NCBI GenBank assembly: GCA_964291315.2
Contig: OZ219753.1
Location: 1,248,001-1,312,000 of the forward strand
DNA: 64,000 nucleotides
Direction of reading: 5' to 3'
Origin: Candidatus Poribacteria bacterium
GTDB taxonomy: Bacteria > Poribacteria > WGA-4E > WGA-3G
How positions within the stretch are numbered: the stretch's first letter is position 1; every line of letters starts with the position of its first letter. Both the position numbers and the translations under genes were made by a program. Shown here piece by piece: positions 59,101 to 64,000 of the stretch. A model generated the notes under the pieces. That model did not search any database. It saw nothing but the letters and a program-made list of their open reading frames with translations, and was not told where the DNA came from.

Positions 59101-59820
59101 CTATTCCACTTCTAAGAGATCTGCTAATTCATTAAAATCGCAAGCGACCACATCGGACGGATATGCTGTAACCTCTTGGACGCTGCCGTGCCCATATTCC
59201 AAGGGCCGCGGCACGAGAGCCGTCTGAAAACCGACAGCTTTCGAGGCACGGAGGTCTCCAGGGTGTGCAGCAACCATCATGACTTCACTCGGAGACCAAC
59301 CAAGTAAAGCAGCAGCAGTCTTGTAGACTTTGAGGTCGGGTTTGTAATGACCCATTAATTCCGCAGAGAGGACGCAATCCCACGGCAGGCCTGCGAATTT
59401 TGCCATGTTCGTTAGCAGCGCGATATTACCGTTAGAGAGCGTAGCAACAACGTACCGCTTACGGAGCCGTGTCAAGCCGCCGACTGCATCAGGCCAAGGC
59501 TTGAGTCGATGCCACGCTCTATTTAGATAATCCTTATCGGTTTCAGGCACATCGTTAATATTAAATTCGTTAAGAAGGTCGTCCAAAATCAGTCGATGCA
59601 GCGCGTCAATGTTCTGCCACGGTAATTCGCCTTGTCGCACCTTGTCCATCGCAGGTCCGTAACCAGCCCGCCATTTCAAGGTGAATTGTGTCCAATCTAT
59701 ATCAATGCCGTGTGTCTTTCCAAACTTTTCACCTTCCGCAACAATTGAGCTGTACCAGTCTACGACTGTGCCAAAGACATCAAAGGTGAGTGCCTTAATG
59801 TCGGCAGGAGTGCTTTGCAT
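59101..59820 (-). CDS. Haloacid dehalogenase type II (HAD superfamily)
   Basis: FDVFGTVVDW, LSNGN, YKP, MMVAAH..DL. Confidence 0.9.
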   Translation of the reverse strand: MQSTPADIKALTFDVFGTVVDWYSSIVAEGEKFGKTHGIDIDWTQFTLKWRAGYGPAMDKVRQGELPWQNIDALHRLILDDLLNEFNINDVPETDKDYLNRAWHRLKPWPDAVGGLTRLRKRYVVATLSNGNIALLTNMAKFAGLPWDCVLSAELMGHYKPDLKVYKTAAALLGWSPSEVMMVAAHPGDLRASKAVGFQTALVPRPLEYGHGSVQEVTAYPSDVVACDFNELADLLEVE

Positions 59821-59933
59821 GATGCTATGTCCGTATCTGTTATCTGAAAGTTTAAGAGAAAAGCGTTCGGTTTCCCCTTTTAATTTACCTCACATCATAC
59901 ACTAGTTTATTCTAGTTGTCCACTGATATTTTC

Positions 59934-60323
59934 TTATAAAAACGGATTGTGCGCGACTTCCCAATAGAAGCCGTCGGGATCTTTGAAGTAGCCCGAATAG
60001 CCACCCCAGAATGCCTTCTGTCCGGGTTTAACCAGTTCAGCCCCTGCAGCAACCGCCTCTGCTAAAGTCTGATCTACCTCTTCTGGAGAGGCGACGTTAT
60101 GGGCGAGTGTAAACCCTTGAAAGCCTGTGCCTTCAGGCGAAATTGTAATATCTTCAGCGAGCTTGTCTCTCGGATAGAGCGCGAGTATAGTCTCTGTCAT
60201 CTCAAAGAACGCGATCCGCTCTGATTTATCTTTTATCGGTAAGCCCAATCCGTTGTGATAAAAATCGATGGCGCGCGGCAGGTCTACGACCCCGAGTGTA
60301 ATGATAGTAATATGTGGTTGCAT
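59934..60323 (-). CDS. VOC/glyoxalase family protein
   Basis: IITLGVVDL, FWGGYSGYFKDPDG..WEVAHNP; ATG 60323 with AAGGAG. Confidence 0.9.
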   Translation of the reverse strand: MQPHITIITLGVVDLPRAIDFYHNGLGLPIKDKSERIAFFEMTETILALYPRDKLAEDITISPEGTGFQGFTLAHNVASPEEVDQTLAEAVAAGAELVKPGQKAFWGGYSGYFKDPDGFYWEVAHNPFL

Positions 60324-60402
60324 GTCCAACTCCTTTTGTGTTGATTTCTGAAGAAAATAGAAATGGCGAGGTTGAGACCCCTCGCCGGTAAAATGTAGAC
60401 TC

Positions 60403-60524
60403 TTGACATACGCCCGTCTCTTAAGCACGGGGGATTCTGCTGAAAGTGACTCCCTCGCTTTTTGGTGCGGAGCGTGACGTTTCGATGTTGGTTGAAGCTT
60501 GTGAGGGGCGCTTGCAATCGCAAG
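60403..60524. repeat. ~120-bp dispersed structured repeat, copy B
   Basis: TTGACATAC..AAGCACGGGGGATTC..TGAAAG..GCTTTTTGGTGCGGA..GCTTGCAATCGCAAG; colinear with 46829-46952. Confidence 0.6.
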
Positions 60525-60703
60525 AACAGCCCCTCATATAGATATCACCGAGGCTTTCTCCCTCCCGCATCTGTTCCACATTGCCCACAATCGTCAATTT
60601 TATTTAATTGACACAACACACTAACCGCTACGACATCCCCGGACACAGCGGAACGCTGTTTTGTAGCGAAAGATTTGATAATTTACAACAATACCGCTGG
60701 ACT

Positions 60704-61297
60704 TCAGGGCCCCACGCTGTAGGGTGCCAAAAACTTCCGAAGCTGTCGAATCGCAGCATTTTTCCGGGAGGCAACCGTGCCAACCGGACATTGGACAATA
60801 TCAGCGACCTCTTGATAAGACAGCCCCTGAACTTCCGTTAGGCGAAACACCAGTTGGTGTTCTTTTGAGAGCTTGCTGATTGCCTCCTGAATTGCCTCGT
60901 AGGTCTCTTTGGCAATGAGCAGTGCCTCCGGTGAATAGCGGGTATCTGCAATAGCGATAGCAATAGGAGGACAGTTGCCATCATCACTATCTCCATATTG
61001 TGTATCTAATGATTCTATTTCGGGTGTCCTTTGCTCTTTCGCCAACTGTTTCAAGCAGAGGTTTTTGGCGATGTGATAAAGAAACGTCCTAAATTTCGCG
61101 ATGGGGCGGTACGTTGGTACGCAGCGCCATAAGCGCAGGAACGTCTCTTGGCAAAGGTCCTCCGCCAGGTGTCGATTTTTAACAAACCGATAAATAAAGT
61201 TTAATGTATTTGTGTAATGCCGTTCGGTTAAAATTTGGAATGCGTCTCTGTTTCCATCTTTCACAGAGAGCATTAACTGTTCATCAGTTTGTGTCAT
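60704..61297 (-). CDS. ECF sigma factor (sigma-24/RpoE-like)
   Basis: Region 2 AEDLCQETFLRLW..FRTFLYHIAKN; region 4 LSYQEVADIVQCPVGTVASR. Confidence 0.92.
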   Translation of the reverse strand: MTQTDEQLMLSVKDGNRDAFQILTERHYTNTLNFIYRFVKNRHLAEDLCQETFLRLWRCVPTYRPIAKFRTFLYHIAKNLCLKQLAKEQRTPEIESLDTQYGDSDDGNCPPIAIAIADTRYSPEALLIAKETYEAIQEAISKLSKEHQLVFRLTEVQGLSYQEVADIVQCPVGTVASRKNAAIRQLRKFLAPYSVGP

Positions 61298-61322
61298 GCT
61301 AGTCTCCTCAAAGAGGAGCGTA

Positions 61323-61580
61323 TCAAGCGAAGGCGTGTAACCCTCCTTTGCTTACATACAGAAGGATGCCCGCTTGCTCACTCCTCGGTCTGTGCCTACT
61401 CCATAATCGAGTCCTAATCCAACAACGGAACACGCTAGCAGATTTAGATGCCCGCGCTTTCAAGGAGGTTCTTTCTCCTAAATTACAACCTTGCACTTTC
61501 CCTCCGGTTCCGCTACTCCATACCCTCTTAATCCAATCGCGAGGCGCTGCCTCTGCTAAGCACAAAAAGTATTGATGCAT
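61323..61580 (-). CDS. Possible small upstream ORF (85 aa) of the ECF sigma gene
   Basis: AAAAAGGAG SD before ATG 61580; no recognisable domain. Confidence 0.35.
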   Translation of the reverse strand: MHQYFLCLAEAAPRDWIKRVWSSGTGGKVQGCNLGERTSLKARASKSASVFRCWIRTRLWSRHRPRSEQAGILLYVSKGGLHAFA

Positions 61581-61751
61581 TGTACAATCTCCTTTTTAGG
61601 TTAATCAAATTGTCAGACAGGAGCGGTATTTAATGCCCCTTTTTCTGATTACAAAAGCTGCTAATAGTTAAATCCAGAGATTTGAAAATAATTCATTTAA
61701 AATGAAAAATATTTGGACTGCGATAACTTTCTACACGGGGTAGATGTCTCG

Positions 61752-62858
61752 TTACCCTCCAACTGGATGAAACGGTTCCAGTGACAATGACGGTTGACCG
61801 GTTGTGAGAAGTTCAGCTATCAGCTCCCCTGTGATTGGCGCAAGAAGAATCCCATTTTTAAAGTGTCCAGCTGCCAAGACAACGTTGTCATATCCGGGGA
61901 GATAACCGAGAAGAGGTCCCTTTCTAGCGTATGGGCGCAAGCCTGCCCACGTTTGTAGGAAAGTACTGTGCGCGAGCTGCGGAACGATGGCAACTGCTCC
62001 CTCAATCATCCGCTTGGTTCCATCAACCGTTGCGTTTTTATCGTACCCCACGAATTCGAGCGTTGCCCCGATCAGTATCTTCCCATCTGCCCTCGGAACG
62101 ATGTAGATGCCGAGTCCATCAATCGTACGTTCGAAAAGAGGCGGCATCGCTTCAACGAGAACAATCTGTCCCTTCGCGGGTCCAATCTGCATGGGGGCAC
62201 CAAGTTGAGCCGTGAGTTCGCCTGCCCAGCATCCGTTAGCAATCACAAAAGTGTCAGCGTACAAGGTTTCACCGTTCACAACGACACCGATAACATGTCC
62301 ATTCTCCTGAACAAAATTAGTGGCACAGCTCCCGAGTCGGAATTCCGCCCCGAATTTCGATGCACTCTTCGCGAGGGCGACTACCATCTTCGGATTGCGG
62401 ACCTGGGCATCTTCAGGAAACAAGACCGCACCGGCAATAGCTCTCGAAAGTGCTGGCTCTAAGCCCCATGCTTGCTCGGCTGTCAAGATTTCCGTTGAAA
62501 AGCCTCTTTTGACACGGCGATCCGCGAGACCAATCAGTCCTGCCGCTTCATCTGGATCGAAAAATACCGACAGCGTTCCCGATTGAATGAATTCAATATC
62601 TATTTGTGTCTCTGCCCGCAGCTCTTCTGCCAACGATGGATAGAGGGCGAGACTTGCGCGACACAACTCTGGATAAGGCTCATGTGTTGACGCGTGTGAG
62701 GTTAGAATCCCCGCACCTGCCCATGAAGCTTCTGTGCCCACGGCAGCAGCTTTGTCGATGATAAGAGGTCGGATGTTCCGTTTAGCACAATTATAAGCGA
62801 TAGCACATCCGATGATACCGCCGCCGATAACGATGATATCCGCGTGATTTCGACTCAA
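61752..62858 (-). CDS. thiO: Glycine oxidase (DAO family)
   Basis: VIGGGIIG, EASWAGAGIL, YIVPR, WAGLRP, GHFKNGILLAP; TTG 62858 with GGAGG. Confidence 0.8.
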   Translation of the reverse strand: MSRNHADIIVIGGGIIGCAIAYNCAKRNIRPLIIDKAAAVGTEASWAGAGILTSHASTHEPYPELCRASLALYPSLAEELRAETQIDIEFIQSGTLSVFFDPDEAAGLIGLADRRVKRGFSTEILTAEQAWGLEPALSRAIAGAVLFPEDAQVRNPKMVVALAKSASKFGAEFRLGSCATNFVQENGHVIGVVVNGETLYADTFVIANGCWAGELTAQLGAPMQIGPAKGQIVLVEAMPPLFERTIDGLGIYIVPRADGKILIGATLEFVGYDKNATVDGTKRMIEGAVAIVPQLAHSTFLQTWAGLRPYARKGPLLGYLPGYDNVVLAAGHFKNGILLAPITGELIAELLTTGQPSLSLEPFHPVGG

Positions 62859-62923
62859 GTTGTCCTCCGATGTAGGTGGGTGTTGCATTTGGAAAGGATG
62901 CCCCAAAAATCAGAATCACTAGT

Positions 62924-63109
62924 AGCTTAACACATCACGCACTTAATGTCAATCTCATAGGTTCTATGAGCGCGACTTCATTCAGTTTCACTGACTATAT
63001 ACATCTTTGGATGCACTTCGTAGATATAGGAAGGATGCCGTACAAAATAATTCCGTATGAGATGGATTTTATATTAACCCTTGAAATTTTACGGAATTTC
63101 GCGTATAAT
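62924..63109. promoter_or_regulatory. Divergent sigma70-type promoters
   Basis: Minus strand TTGACA-17-TAAGCT (62952-62924); plus strand TTGAAA-17-TATAAT (63081-63109). Confidence 0.5.
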
Positions 63110-63197
63110 TACCAATGATAGAACCTCTTCAAATTTGACAACGCAAAAAAACAGCGATGGAGAAAAACTGATCCCAACATGAAAGGTTTTTAACTAA

Positions 63198-63485
63198 ATG
63201 ATCCTTGGAAAAGTTACCGGGACAGTCGTTGCGACACAGAAAGATGAAAAGTTGATTGGCAGCAAATTGATGATTGTCCAAGATGTAGATCTGAATGGTG
63301 AAGTCGATCCAAAATATACGGTCGCTGTGGATGCAGTCGGGGCCGGGATAGGTGAGATTGTGCTTATTGCAACAGGCAGCTCGGCGCGGCAGACGCATGT
63401 GACAAGCAACAAACCGGTTGATGCTGTAATTATGGCGATTGTCGACACTATAGAAGTTTGTGGGAAAGTGCGGTACTATAAGTAA
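63198..63485 (+). CDS. Bacterial microcompartment vertex protein (BMC-P, EutN/CcmL family)
   Basis: GKVTGTVVATQKDEKL, VAVDAVGAGIGE, GSSAR, PVDAVIMAIVD. Confidence 0.93.
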   Translation: MILGKVTGTVVATQKDEKLIGSKLMIVQDVDLNGEVDPKYTVAVDAVGAGIGEIVLIATGSSARQTHVTSNKPVDAVIMAIVDTIEVCGKVRYYK

Positions 63486-63518
63486 AGTCGCGAACGACCC
63501 AAGACTAAGGAATAAGAG

Positions 63519-64000
63519 ATGGAACGGGAACGCGTCCGTGCCGAAACGCTCCACCGCCGTGATGGACTCACAGAAGAAATCCGAAGTACACTCGCTCGAA
63601 AAATCGTCAGGTCTCTTGTCAACTGGATACAGCGCGAAGGCTTCGACACCGTGATGCTCTATCTGAGCATCAGAAGTGAAGTAGAAACATTTGGGCTGCT
63701 AGATATCTTGCTTCACCAAGAAAGAACCGTCTGCGCCCCCACTATAGACAACCCCCGGTTAGAACTCACGCCTCGTCGAATTCAAGACCCCAAAACAGAA
63801 CTCGTGCGACACCGCTACGGACCGTTAGAGCCGAATGCGGCATGCCCTATTTTCCCAACGCCTCAGCTACAACTGATTATTGTTCCAGGTGTTGCTTTCG
63901 ATGCTAACGGCTACCGTTTAGGATACGGAAAGGGGTTCTATGATCGGTTTCTTACGCAGTGCCCACAGGCCGTTAGCATCGGACTAGCGTATCAGATACA
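63519..64000 (+). CDS. ygfA: 5-formyltetrahydrofolate cyclo-ligase, 3' end outside window
   Basis: Manual translation: YLSIRSEV..LEP..IIVPGVAFDANGYRLGYGKGFYDRFL. Confidence 0.9.
   Translation, partial: MERERVRAETLHRRDGLTEEIRSTLARKIVRSLVNWIQREGFDTVMLYLSIRSEVETFGLLDILLHQERTVCAPTIDNPRLELTPRRIQDPKTELVRHRYGPLEPNAACPIFPTPQLQLIIVPGVAFDANGYRLGYGKGFYDRFLTQCPQAVSIGLAYQI

Noticed and set aside
62960-63197. 6S RNA near ygfA
   Set aside because: The region is AT-rich promoter sequence without the long rod-like pairing expected.

Overview
A gene-dense 64 kb bacterial chromosomal segment. The gene content suggests Candidatus Poribacteria or a related sponge-symbiont lineage (inference): proteins ending in a NYPNPFNPETWIPYQL FlgD-Ig-like tail, three PhyH dioxygenases, several MDR and Gfo/Idh/MocA oxidoreductases, a DUF1553/DUF1501 pair, a TPR/FG-GAP protein and a BMC vertex gene. 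I found no rRNA, tRNA, CRISPR array, integrase or transposase gene. The most unusual features are: (1) a tandem duplication of a promoter-gene-tail unit encoding secreted HExxH proteins with mosaic conserved and divergent blocks; (2) a fatty-acid desaturase bracketed by 72-bp imperfect inverted repeats; (3) a Type II R-M cassette inside the DUF1553-DUF1501 operon, plus a solo helicase-less Type ISP/IIG-like enzyme and an orphan hsdS; (4) two small non-coding repeat families (24-bp GTAG-type palindromes and a ~120-bp element resembling paired IS200/IS605 ends); (5) translation-level oddities, including two in-frame starts with and without a Tat signal, a probable CTG start, a split metalloprotease gene and an ECF sigma factor whose RBS is hairpin-sequestered behind a uORF; and (6) a protein with eight Cys pairs in a repeating pattern. 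All family assignments come from motif recognition by eye, not database searches.
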